Positions 50,601 to 64,000 of a stretch of 64,000 nucleotides of DNA are shown piece after piece; position 1 is the first letter of the stretch, and each line of letters starts with the position of its first letter. The stretch comes from Tubulanus polymorphus (lineage: Eukaryota > Animalia > Nemertea): NCBI RefSeq assembly GCF_964204645.1, contig NC_134028.1, positions 23,370,345 through 23,434,344 of the forward strand, read 5' to 3'. Both the position numbers and the translations under genes were made by a program. A model generated the notes under the pieces. That model ran no database searches. It worked only from the letters and a program-made list of their open reading frames with translations, and was not told the DNA's origin.

Positions 50601-53600
50601 TGTTTTCCTATATTCAGAAATGATAACTGTTGGACTTTCTAACGGTCAACTGGTAATGTGGAAATTCAGTCCGTCTAAACATCCGAACCACGAAGAACTG
50701 GCCGATAAATGGAAGTTGCAGCCATCTGCTTGTATCGCGGGCAGAATCTCACAGGTTAAGGTACGTTTATAACCGGATAACTGTCTACGAACAAACTCAG
50801 TTAAATATCCACCCCAGATAAGTCGTATCATTCAGGTCGGCCATTGACCTGGATAACCTAGAAAACTCAGGGAATCAGAAAAATCAGGGGCAACTCAGGG
50901 AATTTGGCAAATTTTACCAAAAACCTGGATGGAATTCGGATGCTATTGACTGTATGTTTCTACCAGAGAGCATGAAAATGAAAAATGATTGAATTGTAAC
51001 GTTTTTAACCTAGAGATTTCTCTGATTCACTCGGAGAATTTTATGTCATCACATGGAAAATCAGGGGAAAACTCGGGTAATTTATAAAAAGCGGAAAAGT
51101 GGCCACCCTTATCGTTACTTAAGTCTTGACTATTAAATGGGGGCAACTTAACTGTGTTTGACTGTATATGATATCTGGTATATTGCTTTCAAAATGCAGA
51201 CGAATGTTTTTGTTTTTTCAAGTGGGGCCCGAAACCGGATTTGTTAGTCGTGAATGTTACCGATGATGTGTTCGTTTTATGCGAACAAGTGATGAATTAT
51301 CATTACAACGATCAGGTCTGTATTTCCTCTAACTTCTAATAAAGAAAGTTCTGAAAATGTAACCGAATGTACGCATTCTAAGATCGTCGCGTTTTATTAC
51401 AAATGTAGATCGCGTTAGTTCAAACGGGGCCGTCCAATATATCGGTGAATATATTCTCGACGGGTAATTATCACGATCTAAAAACCGACATTCAAGTGAA
51501 AGGAACGTTTACGACAAAAGACCATTTGGTCGTTTGGAACGGAAAGAAGGCGATCGTCTATGAATATTCCAGCGACCGGCTGACGATTAAAGAAACAGGT
51601 ATGTATTGGGCGTTAAAATATTCAAAGAAAAGAATTATCTTGCTTTTTAGAGCATCTTTCGTTTAATCTAGATGTTTTGTTTCTCATCTCAGGGTCGTTC
51701 GCTTGTGAATCAATGATTCTGTGCATGTATGAGCAAAATGTCTACACGCTCGAACCGGGAAAAGTTCAAGTTCGAACTCCGCAGGTAAGTCAGACGCTGA
51801 TTTCAGCTTCGTATAGTATAGTATAGTAGTAGTCATACTCCATACATACAATGTAATATTTGGATATATTTTAAGCGCACTATATGGTTATGAAGGATCC
51901 ATTGGCTGTACTTAGAATTAAGGCACTGGACCCTGTGCATTTGAATTTAGTGTTCAGCAATTCTTGTCTTATGTCAACAAGAGAATCTAAATCTGTTGGA
52001 AATTCTTTATTATAATCAATCTTGTTACGTTCCTGATAACCTGTTGTTATTAAATTGCATTTTCTAGGGTACTGTGAAACAGTTATTAAACTTCACCGAT
52101 ATAGAGGGTGAACCGACCCATGTTAATACGTGCGGTTCTTACCTCGTCATCGGCACTAGTAACGGATATGTGAAACTATTTGACCTCTCACGCAGGTAAA
52201 TAATCCACCTGGATCAGATCTTAAAGTTTGAACTAGTAAAATTATCGGTTTGCACCACCGATACTGAGTAGAATTTGAGGATAATTTTTTAAGGGGTCAG
52301 TTACTCAAAAGTTGGTTAAAGGTACCCAGTGGATAGTTGACATAGTGACAATTGAAATTGTATTGAGTCTATGTATCTGTGTCTATTTCTTCATATCTTC
52401 TTTATAGAGAGGCAAAACAGGTTTCGAGCACAAAGTATCTGCACGATCTTATTCCTAGTTTCGGACATATAACTTCAGTGAAATGTAATTCGAACGGAAC
52501 CCGTGTCAGTATACTAGCTCAACTGGTGAGTATTTTAAGTTAAACGAAATTAAACGAAAACGAAGTTAAACGAAATATTCATCCCTATGTATCTCTCTCT
52601 GTAGAATAAAACCATTTAACGTTTGATTTCGTAGCCGGATTTGACACCCGAAAATAAGATGTATGTTTGGGACGTGGAACTCGATACGATTCAGTTCTTT
52701 AACTTCGAGTCGGGTCGCGGTGAACAAGATGATTTCGACAGTCTCGACGCTGACAATGAATACACAACAGCCGAAGAAAGGTAAGATTTGAAAGGGAAAG
52801 AGAGGGGAGAGAAAAAGTAATAGATCAAATTTAGCTTGTGCTCTATTAGAGAGCGTGTTGACACGTATTAACTCACTCATTACTGAATGCTATCAGATGA
52901 TGCTGTGGCAAGTGAGGTGAGTCACTTCCGGAACAAGTTAACATTCACACGCAATAATTCAATCTGTGCTAAAATTTGGCAGGGGCCTGGTCTGATGTTT
53001 TTGGTCAGGCCCAATTTGACCCATGGTACGGAACCATTAGGCACCAGTGTGAATGGTTGGTCCGGTCTATAGTCTGGCACAGGCCAGTGTGATCGCAGAT
53101 TTTGTGCGCTAAATCTGTAGATGATCTGATGTCGGAATAATGTATTTATTTATTCGATTCAGAGGTAAAAACCAAGCGGCGAAAGATATCGCGGGTCGAT
53201 ATCCGATCTCGCATTTCTGGGATCTCGAAGAGCCGAAGCTGTTGGTTTGTGAAGCGCAATTAATCGCGAAACCGCCGTCGTCGGAAAAATCGACGAAAGA
53301 TAACAACAAAACTCTCGCTAAACATCCGTCGCTGTTGGGCAGCAAATCGGTTAATATAGAAGATGAGGTGAGTTCAATTCGAAACGACTTTGTTTCCTCC
53401 AGTGTGTTCTCCTCATGCTGGAATTTAAATGGGCTGCATTCATTAAGTACATGACATCGTGGCAAGGCTTTCAATCCTCCAGAAAATATGAAAAAGTTAA
53501 GCTAAATTTTGGTGTAATATTATATTTTTCACATAAGCTCGATATATTTTAAAGCAATTGTTAGCATTGATAGAATGTTGACATCCACTCTGGTAGGGGC

Positions 53601-56600
53601 TGGGGATATATTATAGGGGATGTTTGATTTTCAGAGGGGTGGATGTGAGGGGTGGTAGCCCCTCTAAAACAAACCTGTTGTGGAGAACACTATTTTTACG
53701 GTATCATAACCGAATCTGGAAGAAAATTCGGCATTTTCCTTGTTTGTCGTATTTCAGGTTGAAGTTATGGTCGTATCGTTGTTTTCGACGCCGGAGAACG
53801 GAATTCTGATGCAGGATAGCTATGCGCGTAATCCCTCGTTTCAGGCCATAATCGGGCTCGACGTGCCGTATTACTACTTCGTAAAAAAGGTTCGTTCATT
53901 TAATGAGAGAAAAAAAAAACAGATTACGAACTGAAGTAACCTTATTTCTGATATCGGAGGCTAAAAATCTCGATGAAATCGTAATTGAAAGTGAACTTAA
54001 TTTTGACCAAGCTATCGTATTGTCAGATAAAAACCCACTATGTACAATTAAACGAATTTTAAGATCGCGAATTTATTTCTAAAATGTAAAATATATGACA
54101 TTTCGAACTCACACGTCAGGTGTGAGATATAGAGAGTACAGATACAGAGGGTATATATATACAGGGAGAACAGGTTTATTGAGTAAAATAGTGAGAGAGT
54201 AAGTAAGTCATATCTCGAGAGAAATCCAACAATAATGAAGCCAAGATTGAAAAATTCTATATCGGAATGATTGTATTTGAGGAGCGACGTTTCGGCTAAC
54301 AACTGTTTGCCATCATCAGGCAACTGTCGCTTGATGATGGCTAACAGTTGTTAGCCGAAACGTCGCTCCTCAAATATAATCATTCTGATATAGAATTCAA
54401 CCTTGGCTTCGTTATTGTGGGATTTCTCTCGTTACCATCATACAGGGATATTGTGTATCTTCTCGTCTAACTAAGTCATATGTCACACCTGACGATGATC
54501 TCTAGTGTGAGATCGAAACGTCGTGTATTTTACATTTCAGAAATAAACTCGATTTTTAAATTCTTTTAATTGTACATAGTGGGTTTTTATCTCATAATCC
54601 GTTCACCACGTTTGAGTGCGGTTATCGTACTATTATCGTATTATATTTTCATCAGACTGAGACGATCGAAGAAGAGAATGAAAACGACAATATGAGACCG
54701 GTTACGACCAGTATGATACCGACGTTCTCTAAGATGATCGCGCGGCGCACGATGCGAGATTACGTCGGACTGGAAAACACCGATAAAAATACGAGAGACG
54801 CGATGATGAATTTCAGCTATTACCTGACGATTGGTAACATGGACGAGGCATTCAAGGCTATAAAACTAATCAAAAGGTAATTGCGAATTTGAAGGAAATG
54901 AAAATCGAGGGATCATTGTTCAGCCTAGTGTGTTATCAGGGTACCGGTAGCCATTTACCTGGAAATCAGAATGGTCGCGGATAAGCTAAATATCAGGGAA
55001 ATTGGTTGGGATCACTAGATCGTGTGTAAAATGAAGCAGTTTCCATCTATGTCTTACATATTTGACCGTATTAATTGACTCGAAACGTATTTATCTCGGG
55101 GAATAGTCAGAAAAAAAGCAGGTCAAATGAAACGGCCACCGTGGTTATGGTTTCACACTATTGCTGATTAGTCGGTTTTGAATCGGCCTGTACGTCTTGT
55201 TAGGGATCAATTTTTAGAATCGACCAAATCAATGCATGGCTTTTTGTTTATCGCTAGTGAATCGGTTTGGGAGAATATGGCGAAAATGTGCGTGAAAAGT
55301 CGTCGTCTCGACGTCGCGAGGGTTTGTCTGGGGAATATGGGAAACGCGCGTGCGGCGAAGGCTCTTCGAGAAGCCGAGGAAAAGGAACCGGAATTGGACG
55401 CCCAAGTGGCCGTCTTGGCTTTACATCTAGGATTACAGGTAAGTTCATCGATAATGTTTTTTTTTTTTTGCAAATTTCTTTGCGTCTTGCTCGAATAAAT
55501 CGTTCGCGTTCTACTTGTAGGAAGACGCCGAGAGGCTTTTAAAGAATTGTAAAAGATACGATCTTCTGAACGACTTCTATCAATCAACCGGACTTTGGAG
55601 TAAAGTAAGACAACGCGACGAACATAGCGGTGGATAAATACACATTCCCACACTAGAATTTCATGCGATAATCCACCTGATGATGGCTGTTTTTCAACAG
55701 CTGATATGTTGGGGTTTCATTTAGATGAATTTTATCTCATACTATTATATTGTGTGACTTTTTCATTTATCCACAGTTGACATGGATTAGAGTGTTTTAT
55801 TAGACTGATGCGATCAGTAGTTTTCTGATGAAATCGGTGCCTAATAACGTTCGAACGTTTTGTGTTTTTAGGCTTTGGAAACGGCAGAAAGGTTCGACCG
55901 GGTTCACTTACGAACAACTTACTATAATTATGGTAAACATTTAGAGTCTAAGGGCGATATTAATACTGCTATTCCCAAGTAAGTGAATCCTGATACCCGG
56001 AGGAATTTCAAAAATGAATTTCATCGCCGGTACTGATGATATCGTGGTTATTTTCGATAGTTTCGAGAAGGCGGACACGCATCGTTTCGAAGTTCCACGC
56101 ATGTTATTCGACGATCCTCAAGTATTGGAGGGTTACATTATGAAAACGAAAGACAAGTATGTATATATAAAAACCGAGGTCATTTGGCAGAAATAACTTT
56201 AAAGAAATATTTCAGTTGAACCTCCCATTATGGACCCCTCTCGGCAAAGAACATCAGTCATAACAAACATTTTTTCCTTGGATCCAAAATTTGTAATCTC
56301 TACTTCGCTTTCCCCCAGTAAGAGGACCTCTTGTATTTGGTGTTTTGTAGAGAATTGCGTAAATGGTGGGCTCAGTACATGGAGAGTACCGGTGAGATGG
56401 AAACAGCTTTACAGTTTTACGAAGCAGCTCAAGATTATTTGTCTCTAGTCCGTGTTTACTGTTACTGCGGAAATCTTGAAAAGGTAATTGTACTTGATTC
56501 TAAGAAACAGGTTTTCTCACTATCCAAGAATAATGCAGATGCACTCATTCAAAACAACACTTATCGATCGGGCATTTTTTTATGATTATCTTCTTCAGGC

Positions 56601-59600
56601 AGCTGAGATATGTAACGATACGGGAGACGCCGCAGCTAGTTACCACCTCGCACGACAATACGAGAATCAGGATCGAATCAAAGAATCGATACATTTCTTT
56701 ACTCGCGCGCAAGCTTACGGAAACGCTATACGTTTGTGTAAAGTGAGTTTCACCCATCTCTTGCCGGGCAGCTTAGATGATGTCATTATTAGCCAATCAG
56801 AAATCATATTTGATCTTACCCGGATTATTTATTCCATTCAGCTATCATACAACAGACAATTTGGCACTTCACGTTGTGGCTAAAGTACTGTGTACCTGAC
56901 GTGACGGGATGGAGAATTATAACAATATAGTCCCATGTACAATGAGCAAATTTCAGATTATAAAGGCTTCTTTTTTTTAGGAGCATGGATTTGAAGATCA
57001 GATGATGAATCTAGCGTTACTGGGTAAACCGGCTGATATGATCGAGGCTGCGCATTATTACGAACAGAAGCAAATTAGTTTAGATAAAGCAGTGATGCTT
57101 TATCACAAGGCCGGTAATCTACATAAAGCGTTGGATCTCGCGTTTCGCAGTCGCCAATTCGGAGCTTTGCAGCATATTTCTGAAAGCCTCGACGGCTCGG
57201 CAGATCCACAGCTGTTGCAGCGATGTGCTAACTTCTTCATGGAGAATTCCCAGTTTGACAGGGCTGTAGATTTACTGGCTGCAGGCAAACAGGCAAGCAA
57301 TTTATCGCATTATTACCTTTGATAAAATGCTTTGTCCGTGTCGTGGGGATCATGTAACATCTTACAATAGAAATGAAAAACTCTTCCAAAATATAGCCTA
57401 TGTTCTAATGGTCAACATGACTATAAGCATATACTCAAAACTTTGAATTGATTTAATACTAGCCCAAAAATTCTGGAACTGCTATTCTATCTCCTTGTGA
57501 GATTTCATATTATTTGTCATAATAGTTCATTTTAGGTAAATATTTCTGTTTGATCTAATCGTGACCTTTGTTTCGGTAGTACTGGGAAGCGTTACAGTTG
57601 TGTAATGAACAGAACGTTCCAATTGATGAGAATTTGGTCGAAAAACTAACGGTGCCGAAAGAGTCAGACATGCCGAACGAGGAACGACATCGATTGTTGG
57701 AAGCCATAGCGGACGTCTGCATGCAACAAAGACAATATCACTTAGCGACGAAGAAGTATACGCAGGCTGGAAATAAATTAAAGGCAAATTATGAATTTAG
57801 TTTACTTCGCGACTTAACATTAGACTCTGACTCAATAGAGTCAAAACTTAAGTCCCTATGTTTTTAATCACGTATCGTTTTCATAAACAGGCGATGAAGG
57901 CCCTGCTGAAATCGGGAGATACGGAGAAAATCATCTTTTTCGCCGGCGTTTCTCGACAGAAAGAAATCTACGTGATGGCGGCGAACTATTTACAGTCATT
58001 AGATTGGAGGAAAGATCCGGAAATCATGAAAAATATCATTAGTTTCTACACGAAGGGTAGAGCTATGGAGAGTTTGGCGTTATTCTATGACGCTTGCGCT
58101 CAGGTTCGTGTTCGATGATTTGACGTCTGTCTCAGAGCCGTCAACTGCTACTGATTTTCGTTACTATTTTGTCCCGAGAAATAATGATTTCATTTGTTTG
58201 ATACGTATTGAAGTATGAAAGATGCTACTGAGGGTCTTACCCACCCATTGATTACTGATTGAATGAATTTATTTGTTTGCAAATGAATGAATTTATTTGC
58301 AAAATAAATTGTTACAAAAAATATCGACACAATATACATTATATTCAGATTAATTTGAACATTTCCTTTCATATTTCGATGAAATGTTCCCGAAAAAAAA
58401 TTCTACTCGTTACTGATAGTACTTAACATAAGTTGGCAGCCCTGCGCTACAACAAATAATCGACAATCTACAAGTGATAATAATATATTTATTGTTTGTA
58501 GGTCGAAATCGATGAATACCAAAACTATGATAAAGCGCTAGGAGCGTTGGGTGAAGCGTACAAATGCATTACGAAAGCGAAAATGAAGAATCAGTCTCAG
58601 CAAGAGGAGAAACTTACACAACTAAAAGCAAGAATGGATCTTATCAAAAAGTTTGTGCAGGCTCGAAGGTAAGAATGATTCGCATTTTACGATTCGAGCT
58701 CGTTTTATGAAGATCGTTCAACCTTTCATTTTGAACTAATCATGGAAATGTGTGTTGTAGAATATATGAATCTGATCCGGATGAAGCGATCAAACATTGT
58801 CAGATTTTACTGGAAGAAACCGATCTGGACACGTCCGTACGAATGGGTGACGTGTATGGATTCATCATTGAACATTACGCAAGTCGCGATAAGTGGAAAA
58901 TGGTAGGTTTATTTTTAGGCCCCTTAAAAATTAGGACCTTAAAGAGCAGTTCTGATCAGGTAGGGGTTCGTTTCGTGGCTGAGTCTCACAATGCCATCTT
59001 ATTCAAATCCCTACCGAGGGAGGCCTCTTGGGAGCAGTCCTTATCAGGCAGTTTGTGTTGCAGCTATCTGGTTCCTTACCGAGGGAGGCTGCTTGGGAGC
59101 AGTCCTCATCAGGCAGTTTGTGTTGTGGCTATCAGGTTCTCTGAGGCGTTTTTACGAGCATCCGATTTTTGCGATCGATCGTAGGAACGCATTTACGAGC
59201 ACCGATTTTTGCGATCGATTTCACGATCGGCGTTTTTACGAACACGATTTTCCGATCGATTTTTGGAAATCGACCAACTCGCTTGGCGAGCGATTTGGCG
59301 ATTTGATTTCCAAGATGGCGGCACCGGGTAGTTCAAAACCATACATTTTTTTCCTCAACGTCGCCATATTTATGTCATGTGATTAGCCAAATCCATCGTC
59401 ATTTTTACGAACATTCGATTCGATCGTACGATCGGAGCAAATCGTTCACGAAATCGATCGCAAAAATCGGATGCTCGTAAAAACGCCTCTGGTGAGGGAG
59501 GATGCTTAGGAGCAGTCCTAATCAGGCAGTTCGTGTTGCAGCTATCAGGTTCCCTGCTGAGGCAGGATTCCAGTACCGATCTGATATTGAAATATTCTAT

Positions 59601-59841
59601 GTATTTTCAGGCTTATCAGTGCATTGAGGATATGCGCGCTCGAATTCCTAAAGTCAACCTGTCGTATTACATCAACTCGCAAACGATCGAAGCTATTTAC
59701 GGAGCTTTAGACCTGCCTTTAGATAGACAATACGCGGCTAAAGATAAAATCAACGGTGTCCAAGTAATACACGGCGTCGATGATGAGGACGGTGAAGAGG
59801 TGGAGGAGGAGGTCGATGAAATGATTAATGGAGATTATTGA
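47652..59841 (+). CDS. IFT140: Intraflagellar transport protein 140 (IFT-A core)
   Basis: MAVYFD start and WD40 exons ([15 protein letters not shown]), then TPR region [91 protein letters not shown]. Confidence 0.96.
49973..50261. mobile_element. piggyBac-like MITE in IFT140 intron
   Basis: TTAA-CCCTTTCAGTGC...GCACTGAAAGGG-TTAA. Confidence 0.9.
54026..54630. mobile_element. Nested Penelope-like non-autonomous palindromic elements carrying hammerhead motifs
   Basis: Outer inverted repeat 54026-54126 / 54483-54591. Inner inverted-repeat element 54214-54471 flanked by 10-bp direct repeat TAAGTCATAT. CTGANGA...GAAACGTC cores present. Confidence 0.7.
54485..54526 (+). ncRNA. Minimal type I hammerhead ribozyme motif
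   Basis: ACAC-CUGACGA-U-GAUCUC(uagugu)GAGAUC-GAAA-C-GUC-GUGU: stem I ACAC/GUGU, 6-bp stem II, palindromic ACGU in place of stem III. Confidence 0.65.
59144..59488. mobile_element. Young Harbinger-like MITE inserted in a 65-bp tandem repeat (59012-59560)
   Basis: Perfect TIR AGGCGTTTTTACGAGCATCCGATTTTTGCGATCGAT with CTG duplicated on both sides. Confidence 0.88.
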
Positions 59842-61319
59842 GAAATTTGTTGACATAAGTGGAAAACTTTTTTAATGTTTATTTACAGTTTACATGTATA
59901 TATATATATGTAGTATTGATTACTACTTAGCTTGTTTAAATGTAAGTTCTGATGATTTCATGTTAGAAGAGTCCCACGAATTGTCTTGAAAAGGCATCCT
60001 CAGTTGCGTGGAATCAAACCTATGCTGGTGTAGAGTTCTTGCGCATGACGTCATGGTTGTTTGCCAACTTGTTTGGTTCCAAAGTCGGGCTCAAACTAAA
60101 GACCTGTCGAAAACCATCTCTATAAAACTTGCCCCCTCTTGGAGACTGGAGATAATCCGGAGATTTGCAGGTCTGTCTTTTGAATCACTTACAGTATTTT
60201 CCAGCAAATATGGCGTGGTTAAGTGGCTGTAAGATCTCTATTGTCACTCTGAGACTACCGGTTCTAGTAAGCCAGGTACACCGCATCAGGTTAAAATCCA
60301 TGCCTGGAACTTATGTAAAAAGTCAACAGCGAGAAATTATATTTGTAGAGATACAATCTAAACCGTCCCGTTTAAATATTTGGTCTTTTACTTGCCTTTC
60401 ATTCAATAATTACTTGCCTTTTGAAATTGAAATTTTGCCACTTCGAACAACGAAAAATCCGTCCAGATGCAGAACGAATCTCATTAATGATGATTAATGA
60501 ATGAGTTAATTAATTTGCTGTTCAATGTAATCTAAGTAGGTCACAGATATTTGACGCAGATCTAAACAGTATCAGTTAATGATATTTTTCCGTCCATCAT
60601 TAGTTTATTGTTAGTAGAATGATACATTGTATATGTTCAAAACCAATGGGGAATTTTAGAAATGTTTCATTGATTTGTCATAAACGAAATAAACACTTTA
60701 TAATGTATTAGATTCGGTTGTCTACATTTCTGTACATGGTATATGTTGAATCTAAAGATATTTTGGACAAGATTAGAGCGCAATTGAGTTGCGAAAAATA
60801 GATTTTGAGGATAAAATATATACATACAGTAAATTTAAATGATACGGTAATTGGTTTTCTTGATATTTGTCCGATTCTGTCGAGTCGAGTCGAATGTTTT
60901 CTCATTTGAGACAAAATCAAACAAAAAACTTGTTCTGAACATCGTTTTGTTCTGAACATCGTTTATCATCTGGACCGAGGACTTTAAGGGAAAGCATCGA
61001 CCTTTTCAAATTTCATTGTGTCGTCGCTTATTTGCTGCCAAATGTTCGTATCTTAGAAGACAGTTGGGAATTAATTACTATTAAGTTAATTGCAGCGAAG
61101 TCCAGCGATCAACGTGCTGCCTCTGTGCACCGTGAGGTGCTGCCGCTATGCACATCGTTAGCGGGAATTTTACACACTAATCCGAAGTGACTGTGGCAAC
61201 TGATGTACGTTGATTGCCACAGTCGCTTTGTGTTAGTGTATAAGAATCCCGCTAACGATGACTACTGCAGCAGCACCTCACGGTGCTTAATATCTTTCAA
61301 TTTATTTTTAAGGGATAAA

Positions 61320-61810
61320 TTTAAGAGCCTTTGGTTATCATATATAAAGAAAACCTTTGATGACTGTGGTTTGTCCTGCATTTGACGCAGCAATTCATGA
61401 CTAACAGTAAATCTTTTTCAAAACGAATAAAACAGATACTCCGTGACCAGCACCTTCAAGACTCCGTATCTGCCATAAATACTAATCCGATATACACTAA
61501 CTTTAGGCAATATAAAAATGATATTAGGTTAGAGAAGTATATAATAGAACTTGGTGACGACTTAGGAACTAGTTTATTTGAATTTAGGGTCGGGTCCTAT
61601 ATTTTACCTGTGAACAAATTTTCAATTCTTCATTTAGACAGAGCTGATAGAATACGCCCCATTTGTAATACTTTAGGTGACGAATCCCATTTTCTGTTTG
61701 ACTGTACCTTACTTAACGAACCCCGCAAAAACTATTTGAATTTGAATACCCTTGATATTCTGAAAAACCCAACGGTCAAATTAGCTAAATTCATAAAGAC
61801 CGATTAATTA
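61320..61810 (+). pseudogene. 5'-truncated non-LTR retrotransposon (CR1/L2-group-like) C-terminal remnant
   Basis: LEKYI..LFEFRVGSYILP..R.DRI.PIC..LGDESHFLFDC..L..PR, typical of the LINE ORF2 C-terminal zinc-knuckle region; one Cys lost and in-frame stop upstream. Confidence 0.75.
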
Positions 61811-62587
61811 GATGTATATAGATCCCTCCAATAGTATATATAGTATTGTAAATAGTTGATGTATATATATATTTTGTTACGTTTTCATTCTCTAAATTTT
61901 AATCACTTCAGTGTTGTTTTGTAAATATTTGTATATACATGTGTAATAGTTTTCCTCCATATACCATGGAAATGGTTGGAGTGTAAATAAAATCGTAATC
62001 GTAATCGTAAGGGCAGCCTGTTGATTGCCAGATTTTGTTCGACATAAAAATCGCAAACCAGTTTTTAAGTCCCGTTTTTGGAGAAACAACGAGTATTTGA
62101 AATATCGTACAAATCTTAAGATTTTATTGTCATTATAGAAAAACTATGGTTTTATAAACGTTTTACAAAAACAACATACAAGCATGGGAAAAATAGACTA
62201 AAAACTAACCAACAAAAACACTTGGTTTGAGTTGTCATGGAAAAGGTATCACGGTTTATAAGTGTTCGTAATATTTTGTTTTGGTAAAATATGACTACTC
62301 GATATGTGAAAAAATGTGATAAAATGGATATTAAAAGTAGAGACACTTTGTATTGAATAATTGAGGGTTGAATTACTGTCAGAATCAATTATTAAAAGCT
62401 CATAGTAAGGAGCCACGTATAAAAGAGTGCAAACTTACAAGGGATCTGATCCACAGCTATTTTCTAAACAGTCTGAGCAATTCCGAAGTAAGTTTTCGAT
62501 TGCAAAAAATACGGTCCACCTACAGTTTCCCTGGACCGACCCCAGCTAGTGAATGTGCATCGCATAGGGATACATCGCCCGAAAGCT

Positions 62588-63301
62588 CTACGGAGAATCA
62601 TAAGTTGCTTGATTTGGCACTATCACCCTATCCTGGGCTGTTTTTGGTAAATTGTTATTAAAGTTCGGGTCACTTTTGGATATATCCTGCGTGATCGTAG
62701 CCTTTCTGGCTGGCGAAGGGTTTGTCGAGTTCTGCGTCAATTGTCTTTTGCTTGGTGTTTCCATAACCTCGGCAGGTTGAGCTACTTTCACCGGACTACT
62801 GCTCTGGCCATCGGACGCAGGTTGCATTCCATCATTTTGAGATGATCTCGAGTATAATTCAATAGTTTGAGCGACCGATTGTAGTTTCACCTCATTCACC
62901 CTGACTGAAGCAAGTTCCGTGTTAGATTTCTCCTGATTTAAACGAGGTTGAACGTCTATTTTACTGAGACGATTAGCGTGTCGGGCCGCGATCACTATGC
63001 ATCCGATGAGGAACCCGACACCTGATGCGACTCCGAGTCCACCGATTATATACACGTCGTTTACTTTATAAACATACGCCACAATAACGAGGATAAGTCC
63101 TCCGAGAAAACTACAAATCCCCAGAATGAAAAGCCATATTTCTTGCTGCCAGTTCGTGCAACATTTACAACACGAACAGTATGAAGGATCGTATACAGTA
63201 TCAACCGAACTTGTCCGCCTTAAGAATCCCTGAGCCCAATCCTGATGAGCCACTGTTGAAGCTGGCCTGTTCGACGTATTGGCATCGAACGACACCGCCA
63301 T
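62588..63301 (-). CDS. Uncharacterised two-pass membrane protein (237 aa)
   Basis: ATG in a good context (GCCATG absent, AAACATGG present), Cys cluster CSCCKCC, two adjacent hydrophobic helices, Ser/Pro/Gln-rich disordered tail; no family recognised. Confidence 0.65.
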   Translation of the reverse strand: MAVSFDANTSNRPASTVAHQDWAQGFLRRTSSVDTVYDPSYCSCCKCCTNWQQEIWLFILGICSFLGGLILVIVAYVYKVNDVYIIGGLGVASGVGFLIGCIVIAARHANRLSKIDVQPRLNQEKSNTELASVRVNEVKLQSVAQTIELYSRSSQNDGMQPASDGQSSSPVKVAQPAEVMETPSKRQLTQNSTNPSPARKATITQDISKSDPNFNNNLPKTAQDRVIVPNQATYDSP

Positions 63302-64000
63302 GTTTCTTCAATTTCCTAAAAATATCAACATTTTATACATTACATAACGTTTTACGTAGCGTTGAAATCAATATGCGCAGTACAATGACACCAAAAAAGT
63401 AAAATTGTTACAACACATAAAGCCACCCTAATCTTACTTATCTAAGGGTATCACAAAAAGCGATCTTACAAAATCTCTCGTATGTACCAGAAATGACTAA
63501 TGAGAACATCGTATGTAGGCCTAATACTGTAGGCTATAATATACAGATATACCCACCTATCTGCATTTATAGCACAATGTTCTAATTCCTGTTCATTCGT
63601 GATAATCAGCGGACAACGTCCAACAACGTGCACTGTCGCCTTTCAATGTGTTAATTGCTCATCCGCTTCGCTCAATCGATTTTCACGGTGTTTTGTTTTA
63701 TTGCGCACTGACTTCGAAATCCATCTTAATCCCTCATCGAAAATCGTTTATCTCCACATCTCAGTATAGTTAATAGGCGTAACTACTATACGCTGGTTCT
63801 GGTTTAATGTTCACTGGTGGTGACGATGATCACGATGGTAGTTGCCAGTAGTGATAGCAGTACACATTGCTGCAGCGACAACTCGCGTTTCTTCAATTTA
63901 GAATATTTCCAATATTTCGCTTTCCACACACGACACAACGAAACGCTGTCACATTCGTATCAGCTGTCAAATCCAAAAATGAAATCTAGTGCTTTTAAGT

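Noticed and set aside
58991-59386. 131-aa ORF in IFT140 intron
   Set aside because: Made of a 65-bp tandem repeat plus a MITE.

Overview
Gene-dense eukaryotic DNA from an invertebrate, probably a lophotrochozoan (inferred from gene and repeat content). Conserved multi-exon genes: FNIP (5' end outside the window, +), ECSIT (-), an annexin (+), PHF5A (-) head-to-head with DDX47 (+), and IFT140 (+). Between the annexin and PHF5A is an 8-kb island of intron-poor, divergent genes: an intronless AID/APOBEC-like deaminase with an unusual HxE-x32-PC-x26-C zinc motif, an orphan class A GPCR, a Ly6/three-finger-like GPI protein and a divergent HSF-domain factor. Between DDX47 and IFT140 is a ~12-kb block with no recognisable host gene. 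It is bounded by short TAG-terminal inverted repeats and holds a long RTE-derived fold-back biased toward G-U pairs, mirrored degenerate repeat arrays and a 116-bp minisatellite. Introns carry many MITEs (piggyBac-, hAT- and Harbinger-like) and several Penelope-type palindromic elements with minimal hammerhead-ribozyme motifs. All exon coordinates were read by hand and need RNA-seq confirmation.
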